Source of the DNA: a virus
Strand: one strand, 5' to 3'
DNA length: 36,898 nucleotides
Virus record (IMG/VR): IMGVR_UViG_3300044846_001855
Span: 1-36,898 of that record
Positions within the stretch are counted from its first letter, which is position 1; the number at the start of each line of letters is the position of its first letter. The notes under the pieces are model-generated. The model had not been told where the DNA came from. It was given only the letters and a program-made list of their open reading frames with translations, and ran no database searches. Position numbers and translations under genes: made by a program. This document shows positions 16,739 to 25,776 of this stretch, piece by piece.

Positions 16739-17040
16739 TAGATACCGCCTTCGCCCGATTGAATGTTGAGGGTTGTGCCTGTTGCGGAGATGTACGACAC
16801 GGTGTTTTCGCCCTCTGCTTTGTCCAAGATGACAGCAGAATTAGGCAGTACCGGTGTATCAGCGGTTGTCGCAGGTGTACCGCTCACGGATGTGCCCATC
16901 CGCACATAGCAGATGTTTGCGCCTGAGTTGACAAAGCGCACGGACTGCGAAACAGGGTCGATGGTTGTAGATGCGGATGTAGCCGCAGGGGTTACAACTT
17001 TGTTGCCACCGCGCAGGGGTTGAAATGGGGAGCGAATCAT
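16738..17040 (-). CDS. Hypothetical virion-module protein (100 aa)
   Basis: Clean ATG, TAATG overlap with the next gene, and a beta-rich Ser/Thr-rich sequence. Confidence 0.65.
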   Translation of the reverse strand: MIRSPFQPLRGGNKVVTPAATSASTTIDPVSQSVRFVNSGANICYVRMGTSVSGTPATTADTPVLPNSAVILDKAEGENTVSYISATGTTLNIQSGEGGI

Positions 17041-17050
17041 GGTGTGTTCC

Positions 17051-17494
17051 TTATGCTACGCGATACCAGCTATTTGAGGCCAGTTCGTACTTGAGTTTAA
17101 AAAAGCCGTTAGCAGCGAGTGAGGTGGGTGCGCCGGTTACAGCAAGAGCGCCGTTCGGGGCGATTGTCAGAGTGCCTACGGACTGGGTGCAATTCACTGT
17201 CAACTCTTGCAGGTCAACAGGGCCAGCGGGAAGGGTGATCGTGCCAGCGGCATATCCTGCGGCGGGCTGCACAATCAACCATACAGACGCGCCCACGGAG
17301 TTCACGTAGATGTTGAATCCGGTAGCGCTAGGCGATGCGTTCTGCTTCACCTCGGGCAACAGGTTAGCCAGAATGAAAGCCTGCAACTGGCTGACAGACA
17401 TTCGCCGTGCATCGCCGTTATTGGGCGCATAGACGGGGATTTGATCGCCTGCGGATACTTCGCTTAGGGCTGAGAGTCGGTTAATGTCTGTCAT
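17051..17494 (-). CDS. Hypothetical virion-module protein (147 aa)
   Basis: Clean ATG. It lies between the gp4-like and gp10-like genes. Confidence 0.65.
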   Translation of the reverse strand: MTDINRLSALSEVSAGDQIPVYAPNNGDARRMSVSQLQAFILANLLPEVKQNASPSATGFNIYVNSVGASVWLIVQPAAGYAAGTITLPAGPVDLQELTVNCTQSVGTLTIAPNGALAVTGAPTSLAANGFFKLKYELASNSWYRVA

Positions 17495-17501
17495 GTTAGT
17501 C

Positions 17502-17969
17502 CTAGAAAGTAATCACGCTATCAGGGCCAGCGGTCAGCGGGTCAACAGGTGGCGGGGTAAATGGATTGTCGTACAAGCGGTTGCCTGCGCCTAGCGGCAT
17601 GGAGTCCGGCAATTGCATCTCAGGCGGTACAGCGGCGCGGGATAGCAGCGTATTGAACGCATCCTTTGCGATGGCCTTGGTGTCTTGTGATACCGTCTTG
17701 CCATAGCTCGGAGCCAAGCGAATCGCTAGGTTTGTCGTGATGGCCTCAAACGCAGAATCAGGCACGAAAGTGTCAGACTCAATATCGCTTTGATCGGGGT
17801 TTGACACAAGCGGGTAACCCAATCGGATGCCCTTTGCGTTCCATGTTGCCATCATGGAATCAAGCTTAGTCACTGCGCTTGTTAACTGCTCGGGGGTCAA
17901 GTCATAGACATAAGACGCCAGCCCGATCTCTTCAAAAGCCTGATTAACGAACTGGCGTTTTGTTGTCAT
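17502..17969 (-). CDS. Head-to-tail adaptor, P22 gp4-like (155 aa)
   Basis: Size, position and overall pattern (..EIGLAS....LTPEQL..AV..LD.MMA.W...G......) parallel P22 gp4 as recalled. Confidence 0.75.
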   Translation of the reverse strand: MTTKRQFVNQAFEEIGLASYVYDLTPEQLTSAVTKLDSMMATWNAKGIRLGYPLVSNPDQSDIESDTFVPDSAFEAITTNLAIRLAPSYGKTVSQDTKAIAKDAFNTLLSRAAVPPEMQLPDSMPLGAGNRLYDNPFTPPPVDPLTAGPDSVITF

Positions 17970-17971
17970 GG

Positions 17972-18220
17972 TTAGGCCTTTTCAGCGATCAATTTGCCAA
18001 GTTTAGCGTCAGTGGTGCGCCCGTCAAACTTGATGCCTAGCTCGGCTGCCTTGATCTCTAGCTCTTCGCGGGTAGGCGCGGAGTTGTCTTCCGCTTTTCC
18101 TGCGAGTGCCTCGGGAACTGTGAGAAACCAGCCAGCGGCAAGAGCTGCGTCTTTTTCTTCGTCGTTTGCCACGTTGACAAACAACTCAGCGGATTTGTAG
18201 AGGTTTAGAGGGTATTCCAT
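17972..18220 (-). CDS. Small protein with a C-terminal HeH/Rho-N-like motif (82 aa)
   Basis: TREELEIKAAELGIKFDGRTTDAKLGKLI resembles HeH/SAP-type helix-extension-helix motifs common in phage head modules. Confidence 0.6.
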   Translation of the reverse strand: MEYPLNLYKSAELFVNVANDEEKDAALAAGWFLTVPEALAGKAEDNSAPTREELEIKAAELGIKFDGRTTDAKLGKLIAEKA

Positions 18221-18240
18221 ATCGTTCCTATTTTAGGTTA

Positions 18241-18256
18241 ACCCGCCGAAGCGGGT
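18241..18256 (-). other. Stable hairpin ACCCGC-UUCG-GCGGGU downstream of the SGNH gene, with no U-tract
   Basis: Read directly (plus strand acccgccgaagcgggt). On the minus strand it is followed by UAACCUAAAAUAGG. Confidence 0.5.
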
Positions 18257-18277
18257 GTAATCTTCGTGCTGAGGGGA

Positions 18278-20062
18278 TTAGCCAACAACATTACGAACTA
18301 CTGCGCGGCCAACATCAAGGTTGCAGGCAGGTGCAGCGCCCGCAGCTTGGATAAACACCACCAGCGTTGCAGCGGTAGGCACTCCGGGCATCGTCACAGT
18401 CGGGGTGCGGAATACCCATGAGCCATCCTCTAACTGCAAGTTGTTGCTGATGGTTCCGTAGCCAATAGATGTGCTGTAAGAAACGCCGCCCACTGTGTAG
18501 TTGAGCGAGGCGTTCAAGCGCTTCAAGTTGGCTGGGGTGTTGGACAGTTTTAGTGCGCACTCTACATAGAGCTGGTCGCCAGCAGCCACGCGACTGCCCA
18601 AGGTGATCACGCTGTCAAGCTGTGCGCTGTCGTTGTTTGCGGAGAACGTCACGTTCATGCGCTGCCAGTTGCCCAGCGAGTCACCATCTGCTAAATCTGT
18701 TCGCGGCACCAAGGAAGCTACAACAGCAGCCGTGCCAAACTGTTGAACCCGCCACTTCTCACCCACGGTGCCCGTAGCACCACCCGCCAAAGTACCGCCA
18801 GCGCCTTGAATGAAACAAGGGTTCTCCGTGACGTTGGTGGACGCCGCAAAGGTCAGCAAGGTATCAGCCGGTGAACTGGCAAGCGTGTTGCCCTCTTTCA
18901 CAGCGTTGCGCATGGCGTTGAATAGCGCCTTGCCGATAGCGTAAGCACCACGGGGCGAGGGGTGAATTTGATCCTCCAGCTTTGCAGCCAAGGCAACGCC
19001 GGTCAGGGCCGTGTTGTCCACAATGGCTGCGTGAGCATCTACAAACACCAACCCGCTATTGGTTGCGCAGTAGGCCTTGATTCGCTCATTCAGCGCAGCC
19101 ACGTTTGAATTGCACTGGTTGACGGTAAGGCCGTTGGGCGGGGTGTCGCTGGTGCCCAAAGGAGGCACGGACATGGCGTAAACAATAGCGCCAGATGCTT
19201 GCAACTGCGCCCATATGGTGACCAGCGTGTCAAACATTTGCTGCACGGTATTGGCGCTGCTGCGAATGTCGTTGGTGCCGCCAAGCACTACTGCGTATTT
19301 CGGGCGCAATGCGGTAACAGCAGGAACGCGCGCAAGAATTTGGCTCAGTGTTTCGCCCGGCACACCTTCCACACTCAACAGCCGCAACCGACCGCCCAGC
19401 AGCGCATTGGCGTGCATGAAATAGCCGTTTGCTGCCATCAGCTTCTTGACGTAAACGCGCCCTGTACCTGTAGGGCTTGCAGTTGATGCCGTAGCTGGTA
19501 GGTTGTATGTGTAGCTATTCGCATTAATGCGCGTTGCTACCGTAAAGTCACCATTGAAGTCGGCTTGGTTCAGCGTAGTGACTCGGATAGGGTCACCAAC
19601 TGCCAAGCCGTGCGCCGTGCTGGCAACGGTAACTACATTGCCGGATGCGCTGAAGCCTGAAGGAGTGGCGTAGAAGTAGTTTTGTGCCGTGATCGAGTCG
19701 CCAAGCAGTGCGACGGTGTTTGCCAGCGAACCCAATAGGCTAAATGTGCCTTTAGTAGTGCTAATTTCTGTGGCCTCTCCGGTGAAAGGATTAGAACTCA
19801 TCCGCACATTACTCTCAAGAAATGGCGCAGAGCCAACATCGTAAGAAACGGGGTCTTGTGCGGCCTCGATGTTGACGGTGCGAACATCAGTCCAAGGGCC
19901 GAGAGTAACCTGCGCGTTATCGAGTCGCTGAATGAACTCTAGGTTATTGCCGCGCTTGAATGAGAGAGTTGCGTATTCGTTCCCGTAAGTTGCGATTGCG
20001 ATTTTTTGACCGGCGGGGACTAATACTTTAGCAGTCCCATTGGCGTAAATGATTTTTTCCAC
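18278..20062 (-). CDS. SGNH/GDSL-family esterase with an N-terminal beta domain and a C-terminal carbohydrate-binding-like jelly roll (594 aa)
   Basis: SGNH blocks are present: LLGDSITAQ (I), VVLGGTNDI (III) and DQIHPSPRG (V). The start codon is GTG (20060-20062) with a weak SD. Confidence 0.8.
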   Translation of the reverse strand: MEKIIYANGTAKVLVPAGQKIAIATYGNEYATLSFKRGNNLEFIQRLDNAQVTLGPWTDVRTVNIEAAQDPVSYDVGSAPFLESNVRMSSNPFTGEATEISTTKGTFSLLGSLANTVALLGDSITAQNYFYATPSGFSASGNVVTVASTAHGLAVGDPIRVTTLNQADFNGDFTVATRINANSYTYNLPATASTASPTGTGRVYVKKLMAANGYFMHANALLGGRLRLLSVEGVPGETLSQILARVPAVTALRPKYAVVLGGTNDIRSSANTVQQMFDTLVTIWAQLQASGAIVYAMSVPPLGTSDTPPNGLTVNQCNSNVAALNERIKAYCATNSGLVFVDAHAAIVDNTALTGVALAAKLEDQIHPSPRGAYAIGKALFNAMRNAVKEGNTLASSPADTLLTFAASTNVTENPCFIQGAGGTLAGGATGTVGEKWRVQQFGTAAVVASLVPRTDLADGDSLGNWQRMNVTFSANNDSAQLDSVITLGSRVAAGDQLYVECALKLSNTPANLKRLNASLNYTVGGVSYSTSIGYGTISNNLQLEDGSWVFRTPTVTMPGVPTAATLVVFIQAAGAAPACNLDVGRAVVRNVVG

Positions 20063-20117
20063 GGCAATACCCTGTAATTTCTGCCCCCGCTATTTCTAGC
20101 GGAGGTCTTTGGTTGAA

Positions 20118-20142
20118 TCAAAAAACAGGGGCCGAAGCCCCT
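20118..20142 (-). terminator. Rho-independent terminator directly after the coat gene
   Basis: The minus strand reads AGGGGC-UUCG-GCCCCU-G-UUUUUU, starting 5 nt after the coat stop codon. A second hairpin, CCGCUA-GAAA-UAGCGG (20087-20102), follows. Confidence 0.75.
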
Positions 20143-20147
20143 ATTAC

Positions 20148-21416
20148 TTAGGATTGCGAGAAGAGAACGATACCCGCCATCTGTGGCTGAGTCATCACCA
20201 CGCCAAAACGGGTATCCCAGCGATACTTGGTTTTCATGGTGTCAATGTCGTATTGTTTTTGCAACACGATCTCGATACCTTGGTCGGTGGTAGCGCGCAT
20301 CACAGCAGCACCCGCATCGGTTGGCACGGCATAGCGTCCGGGCAACAATTCGATGGCGTCCTTTTGCCAGAATGGGTTCACGTTGGCGCGCACAGTGTTC
20401 AACCACACGATAGCGCTGTTAGACGCCTTGGTGTTGATCTTGCAGTTTTGGTACTGAGCGGCGGCAGCGTTTGCCACTTGGTTAGTGATGATCGGGGGAG
20501 AGATCACCATAGTAGTGCCGTTGGTCACGGAGATGACGCGGAAGGTCTTGAGCTGGCCGGTATCGCCCTTGGTGATGTGATGCACAGCGTTCAAGCCAGC
20601 GATAGTGAAGCAGTCACCGGCAGCCACGTTAGTAGTGCTAGAAACGGTCACGGTCTGATAGCGGTTGTCAACGTTGGACACTTCGCCTGTTGCGGCTGTA
20701 GAAGTCGCTTTAGGTGTGTAGTGGTTGTTACCTGCGTCCAGTGTGTTGATGGTGATAGACGCACCACCGGCAGCGGCTGGCAAGCTGTTTGCGTAGTCCA
20801 GCTTGTAGGTGTCGAACGATGCCAACTGACCAATGTATGCCTTCTCGTAAGCTGTCAGGGCTTTGGGGGTCAAAGTCTGACGGCCTGCCAAGTTGGAAGC
20901 CATGCCGTTGTAGTCGCGTGTGGACAAAGCCATGTAACGGTCAAACGCTTGAACGCCTTGCTCGTTCATGATGGCTTCAGCTTGCGCGATGTCATCAAAA
21001 CCGGATGCGGCAGAGGTGCGCTTCACGACCAGAGTGCCTTGCTGTGCGGCCACATTCATGACGGCCACGTTCACATCAGACGCCAGCTTCTGCGCAGCAG
21101 CTTCGCCCAGTCGGCCTTCTTGCAGCAGGTCGCGCAATTGGGTTGCGGTCAGGATTGCAGTGGCGTGTTTAGCGAAACCAATGGTGGAGGGTACAGACAA
21201 TTGAGTCTGGTCGTTGAAGTTGGAGGTTGCGTCAGTGCCGTCGTAAGACTGGGCAATGTACGGCTGCGGACGCCAGATGGTGTCGTTTGTCCGCTCCATT
21301 GTCACGGAGTCGGTGTTGTACTTGTTGACGTTGCGGGAAAGAACGAGCTGGTCGTTGAACTTTTCGAGCACGTCCTCGAAGGCTACGCGCTCTTCTTTGC
21401 TGAATTGATTGGCCAT
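20148..21416 (-). CDS. Major capsid (coat) protein, P22 gp5-like (422 aa)
   Basis: Colinear motifs with P22 coat as recalled (NDTIWRPQPY vs SNTIWMPVEQ; AAQKLASDVNVAVMNVAAQQGTLVV vs [25 protein letters not shown]). It follows the scaffold gene. Confidence 0.88.
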   Translation of the reverse strand: MANQFSKEERVAFEDVLEKFNDQLVLSRNVNKYNTDSVTMERTNDTIWRPQPYIAQSYDGTDATSNFNDQTQLSVPSTIGFAKHATAILTATQLRDLLQEGRLGEAAAQKLASDVNVAVMNVAAQQGTLVVKRTSAASGFDDIAQAEAIMNEQGVQAFDRYMALSTRDYNGMASNLAGRQTLTPKALTAYEKAYIGQLASFDTYKLDYANSLPAAAGGASITINTLDAGNNHYTPKATSTAATGEVSNVDNRYQTVTVSSTTNVAAGDCFTIAGLNAVHHITKGDTGQLKTFRVISVTNGTTMVISPPIITNQVANAAAAQYQNCKINTKASNSAIVWLNTVRANVNPFWQKDAIELLPGRYAVPTDAGAAVMRATTDQGIEIVLQKQYDIDTMKTKYRWDTRFGVVMTQPQMAGIVLFSQS

Positions 21417-21464
21417 GATGAGTAATTCCTTAAAAATGAAATGATTGCAGTTACCTGCGCTTAT

Positions 21465-21517
21465 CTCACCATACGGAGGCGGTGCCGATATTACTCACCA
21501 TGACGGAGGCGGGGCCG
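21465..21517. repeat. Two imperfect direct repeats (21465-21487 ctcaccatacggaggcggtgccg; 21494-21517 ctcaccatgacggaggcggggccg) in the scaffold-coat intergenic region
   Basis: Read directly. On the mRNA strand each copy contains CCGCCUCCG (anti-SD-like). Confidence 0.6.
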
Positions 21518-21557
21518 TGTCTTAATTATCGCGCACCTTCAAAAAGTGCGCAATACA

Positions 21558-22415
21558 TTACTTTCGGTTGTTTCGTTTGTACGCGAGTACCTTGGACATA
21601 TCGCCGGTTTTCTCAGCTTCGGCGCGTAGTCGTTCAAGGGTTGAATCAATCGCACCAGAGGCTCGGCCTGTTCCTTGAATGACCTTCTCAGGCGGGGGCG
21701 GGGCTTTGCGGTTAGTTACTTTCAATTGTGTCTCCAGTTTTGCGATTGCAAAGGCGAACTTTACGGGGTCTTTGATTCCTGCGAGTTCTTTCGCCTTGGC
21801 GGGGTTCTTGCCTAGCGCGTAGATGATGAGCGCGGGATTGTCTGCGCCCTGCACAAGAATGCCTTGTTGTGTGACGTTCAGGGTTTCCTGTGCCACTGCC
21901 TCAGCGTCTTCGTAGTCCTTGACCTTCAGCGACTCTTTAGACTTCGCATAGGCGTCTAGGCGGTCTTTCCATGCCTGCTCTTGTGCATCGCGCTCGCGTT
22001 TCTGTTCGTTCTCTTGTTGCTCAATCTGGCGCTTGCGGTCGTGCCATTCCGTCAGGCGTTGCTCAAACACCTCGGCGTCATAGTCGATGCCATCATCAGA
22101 CAATGAAGGCTTCTTACCTAGCGTGATCGTCGGTTTATCGGCGGGTTTGCTGATTGCCGCTTTAAGTTCGCGGTTTTCCTTTTGCAGCTCACGATGAGAG
22201 CGGCGCAGTTCTCGCACCCACTCGGGGGCCTGCTCTTTGGCTTCTTCGATTGGCTCGTCACCAATGCTGATGACTACCTCGTCAGACTCTGCCGATTCTT
22301 CGGGCGCTTCGGTGACTTCCTCTACCGGCTCTGCCACTTCCTGCTCGACCTCCAGCACCTCAGTGCCGGATTCGTCTTGTGTTTCGTTTCGCAGTACAAA
22401 CTTCTTCAATCGCAT
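21558..22415 (-). CDS. Scaffolding protein (285 aa)
   Basis: It lies between portal and coat. The sequence is highly acidic and helical with a basic C-terminal tail, as in P22 gp8. SD GGAGAAG is present. Confidence 0.7.
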   Translation of the reverse strand: MRLKKFVLRNETQDESGTEVLEVEQEVAEPVEEVTEAPEESAESDEVVISIGDEPIEEAKEQAPEWVRELRRSHRELQKENRELKAAISKPADKPTITLGKKPSLSDDGIDYDAEVFEQRLTEWHDRKRQIEQQENEQKRERDAQEQAWKDRLDAYAKSKESLKVKDYEDAEAVAQETLNVTQQGILVQGADNPALIIYALGKNPAKAKELAGIKDPVKFAFAIAKLETQLKVTNRKAPPPPEKVIQGTGRASGAIDSTLERLRAEAEKTGDMSKVLAYKRNNRK

Positions 22416-22436
22416 TTACTTCTCCATACTCACGCA

Positions 22437-24524
22437 TTAAAGAGGCTGCGCGGATACCTCATTCGGGCTGACGACTACCGCATTAACCTCTGGGGGTTGC
22501 GGCGATTGCCCAAATTTATCAATGACCTCCATTGCGGTTCGCACTTCCGATGCGTCAATGTTGGTCATGGTTTCGATTGTCTTTGCCTCGGTCAATTCGG
22601 CATCTTTGATGGTCTTGACTGTCTGCGCGTTCTTCAATGCTGCGTTAGCGCTTGCTTCCTGCGCGGCGGCTTGCATGTAGATTGTATTGGCGTCAGGCTG
22701 AGCACTGTCCTTGGCTTCCTTGAGTTGCTTGGCTTCTTCCTCGGTAGGCTTCACAACGCCCATGTTCAGCAGCTTGCGGCGGAAATAGTCGCGTACTTCT
22801 TCGATGCCCTCGCCTTCCATGTTCATCATTGCCATCGCTCCCAAGACTTGTTTAGTCTCTTGGTCTTCAGTGATCGCGGCCATTCCAGTGAGTGCGCGGA
22901 CGGTAGACGCACGTTTAGAGCTAGACGACGGGCCTACATCCACAGTCACATCAAACTGAGCCGAGGATAGGTCATTTTCCATTTCCTGCTCACCGGACTC
23001 TGCCATCATGGGGCGCATTAGCTCTACGCTGGTCATCTCGCCTTGTGAGCCGATTGATTTCATCTTGCGGCCCTTCTCGACGTACACATCACGGGCCATA
23101 GATAACCAGATTTCACCGCAACGGCGCACGGCTTTGGACATATTGGACACGTAGATAAACGTCTGCATATCTAGGCGCTGCTGAATCATCTCAACGGCCT
23201 TGCCTGAGATGTTGCTCACCATCTTGTCACCTTGCTGCTGATTGCCTAAGACGTCCTGAATGTCTTGCTCTGTGATCTGCAACAGTGCGGCCATTGCTGG
23301 CGGGATTTGTGGCGGCTTGGTGTATCCGATTGGGCCTGCAACTGTCGGTTGCCCGTTGGCGTCAAGAATCGGGTTTACCAACAGATACGGATAGTTCTTC
23401 AGGTTGTCCTCGGACCACATGATCTGGTGCCCTGCTACCTGCTCAGGCGTCAGAATGGGCTTCTCCACGCTAGACAGTGCGCTGATTTCGCCCAGCTTGG
23501 AGAGTTGCATGTTCTTCAGGCGCTGAGAGTCCTTAGCCAGTCGCACATGGCCCATGCATCGCTCTACGTTGTCCACAAACCAGCGCTTACCGTAGACCGG
23601 CACGATAGGGATGCAGCGGCCTGCAATGTAGCCACAATCCTCCAATACGCCACCACCGGATAGGATGTACTTGTGAACTCGCTTGCGTTTGACCTTCTTC
23701 TGGCGGACTTCACGGCTACCAATAGCGGCCAGCGTTTCCTCTAGGTTGTCGTCATTCTCAAAGTCTGCGTCGGTGTAGCGTTCCTCGGTTCCGTCTAGCG
23801 CTTGGAAGATGCGGACAGTCTCGCCCACTTCCTCAACCTTGTAATACTCGGCAACATAAACCACGTCAGGCGTTGCCCAATCAAATTCGAGCTGCTGAAT
23901 GTCTTTCGGCCAGCTTGCGGGGTCGTCGTTGTACTGCTCTTTGTATGCCTCAATCGTCATCGAAGTGATGACAAAGCACTTTTTAGCGTCGGCCTTGTCT
24001 TGTCGCTTGGCGTTCAAGTCAAAGAAAACAGAGCTATCAGCGTCGAAGATTGGCTCGATGCGGATTCGCTGTTTTTCGTTCTCGTCGTCTTCCTCATCCT
24101 CATAGCATGTACGCAAGCGCCACGCACCAAAGCCACCGCCTACAGCTTCCTCAAAAGCGTTGTCGTAGGCTTCCTCGGCTCCTGAGTCCTGCTCGTCTGC
24201 GCGGTAGAGTCCGTCGCAAGTGTCGGCCAGTTTGTCGTACTCGTTACCCTCTTTGCTCAGGAAGTCAACGGTAATCCGGTTGTTGCGGTACTCGGAGATG
24301 ATGCGCAATACTGCAAGGTGAATCTTGTTGACCTCAAACTTAGGCTTATTGGCGAACTGCTCACCAAGAGCGCCTTCCCACTGTGCGCCTGCGAGTGAGT
24401 AAAACCGGCGGTCTTGCAATGCCTGCAAGCGCTCATCTCGCATAGCGCCTTGGATGTTGTCAAACTCTGCCACGGCTTCGGCATGAAGGTTTGATAAGCG
24501 CTGCTCTAGTGTTAAACGTGCCAT
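22437..24524 (-). CDS. Portal protein, P22 gp1-like (695 aa)
   Basis: Size, position after TerL and an N-terminal pattern similar to the P22 portal (..DRRFYSLAGAQWEG..). The long C-terminal helical region fits a barrel-type extension. Confidence 0.85.
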   Translation of the reverse strand: MARLTLEQRLSNLHAEAVAEFDNIQGAMRDERLQALQDRRFYSLAGAQWEGALGEQFANKPKFEVNKIHLAVLRIISEYRNNRITVDFLSKEGNEYDKLADTCDGLYRADEQDSGAEEAYDNAFEEAVGGGFGAWRLRTCYEDEEDDENEKQRIRIEPIFDADSSVFFDLNAKRQDKADAKKCFVITSMTIEAYKEQYNDDPASWPKDIQQLEFDWATPDVVYVAEYYKVEEVGETVRIFQALDGTEERYTDADFENDDNLEETLAAIGSREVRQKKVKRKRVHKYILSGGGVLEDCGYIAGRCIPIVPVYGKRWFVDNVERCMGHVRLAKDSQRLKNMQLSKLGEISALSSVEKPILTPEQVAGHQIMWSEDNLKNYPYLLVNPILDANGQPTVAGPIGYTKPPQIPPAMAALLQITEQDIQDVLGNQQQGDKMVSNISGKAVEMIQQRLDMQTFIYVSNMSKAVRRCGEIWLSMARDVYVEKGRKMKSIGSQGEMTSVELMRPMMAESGEQEMENDLSSAQFDVTVDVGPSSSSKRASTVRALTGMAAITEDQETKQVLGAMAMMNMEGEGIEEVRDYFRRKLLNMGVVKPTEEEAKQLKEAKDSAQPDANTIYMQAAAQEASANAALKNAQTVKTIKDAELTEAKTIETMTNIDASEVRTAMEVIDKFGQSPQPPEVNAVVVSPNEVSAQPL

Positions 24525-24546
24525 GATGTTTCCTTTTCCCCGATTA

Positions 24547-25776
24547 TCACCACCTATTAGCGGTAGGTAAAGCGTTTACAGTTTGGGTCTTGTTTAGGTT
24601 CTGTGCGCGTCTTGCGCCTTCGCAAGCGTATCGGAGCGCGTCGATAACGTGGTTTTTCTTATCCTCCAGCACTGGGAGAATCTTGCCCGTTAGCGGGTCT
24701 TGCTTGTAGCTGTATAGGGTTAGCTCGTCAATCGTATGTTTGCAGCGCGGGTGAACCACAATATCAAACGATTTCAGCCACTCTACGCCATCCTCTAGAG
24801 ACTTCGGCCCCTTCACTGCGGCCATGATCTTGGGGAATCCATGCTTGCGCATATGGCTGATTGTCTCGGGTCTGGCTGAGTCAGCAACAATCGGCCATTT
24901 CTCGGACTCTGGCACGGTCTGGAATAGCGCAGGCGTGTCCATGATCTCGCACCCCACCATATAAGCCTCGTAATCAATGTACAGTTTGCGGCCTTCGATG
25001 TGCGAACGGACTAGCGTTGTTGGGTCTGATGCAAAACCCCAGTCAGCGCCTAATCGGTGGATTGTGTTTGCCGGTGCTTCAAACTCCTCGATTCTCCAGT
25101 TCTTAAACACTCGCGCTTCTGAGTTTTGCAGGTAAGCCCCTAGCCATACGTGCGCGTATTTGTCTGGGTCGCGCCGCTTGTCGTACTCCATTTCCTCCTT
25201 GAGTACATCAGGAAACCAAGGGTTATCCGTGAAGTTGACCTCGAGAATACAAGAATCAGTCGGAGGCACATCGCCACGCAGCAGCGAATCAATCGGGTCG
25301 GTTTTCTCTCTCGGGTTCCATGTCGCCCATATCTCAGAGCCGGGCTTGCGAATTGTTGGGCGCAACAGGTCTAGACTTCGCTGGCTCACGCTCTGGGCTT
25401 CTTCAATCCATGCGCGGTCATAACCCTCTAGAGACTTGATCGAATCAGCCGTGTGATTCTGCATACCTTGGAAGGTAATCAGTCCTTTGCCCTTGGTGTT
25501 TTTGATTACAGCGTCTTGGACTTCAAAGTAAGCCCCTGCGTTCATCGCTTCAATCTTGCCTTCTAACAGTCGCTTTACAGACTGGTTCAGGGACTTTTGA
25601 ATCTCTCGGACGCAAACACTGGCGGAGTCTGGATTGAGGATGTGCTCCTCTATCATCATCTCCCCGAAGAAGTGAGACTTTCCAGAGCCGCGCCCACCGT
25701 GAGCGCCTTTGTATCGCGCTGGCTTCAGTAGCGGGAGCGCCCATTTAGGCGTCTCAATTCGGAGTGTGTTTGTCAA
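24547..25776 (-). CDS. Terminase large subunit (409 aa), TTG start
   Basis: Walker A HGGRGSGKSH, followed by ATPase and nuclease regions. The only in-frame start upstream of Walker A is TTG at 25776, 23 nt inside the TerS gene. Confidence 0.9.
   Translation of the reverse strand: MTNTLRIETPKWALPLLKPARYKGAHGGRGSGKSHFFGEMMIEEHILNPDSASVCVREIQKSLNQSVKRLLEGKIEAMNAGAYFEVQDAVIKNTKGKGLITFQGMQNHTADSIKSLEGYDRAWIEEAQSVSQRSLDLLRPTIRKPGSEIWATWNPREKTDPIDSLLRGDVPPTDSCILEVNFTDNPWFPDVLKEEMEYDKRRDPDKYAHVWLGAYLQNSEARVFKNWRIEEFEAPANTIHRLGADWGFASDPTTLVRSHIEGRKLYIDYEAYMVGCEIMDTPALFQTVPESEKWPIVADSARPETISHMRKHGFPKIMAAVKGPKSLEDGVEWLKSFDIVVHPRCKHTIDELTLYSYKQDPLTGKILPVLEDKKNHVIDALRYACEGARRAQNLNKTQTVNALPTANRW

Noticed and set aside
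20109-21425. A 438-aa plus-strand ORF spanning the entire coat gene in antisense
   Set aside because: It is codon-aligned with the coat gene: both have codon boundaries at coordinates divisible by 3. It therefore only shows that the coat gene uses no TTA, CTA or TCA codons, a codon-bias shadow. Its sequence is low-complexity (Val/Gly/His/Arg-rich), and it has no SD.
22182-22970. A 262-aa plus-strand ORF antisense to the scaffold and portal genes. Similar long antisense ORFs occur at 10771-11298, 11942-12661, 30998-31462 and 132-737.
   Set aside because: Where checked (22182-22970 and 11942-12661) these are codon-aligned shadow ORFs, and the others look the same. All lie opposite well-supported genes, have implausible composition and lack ribosome-binding sites.
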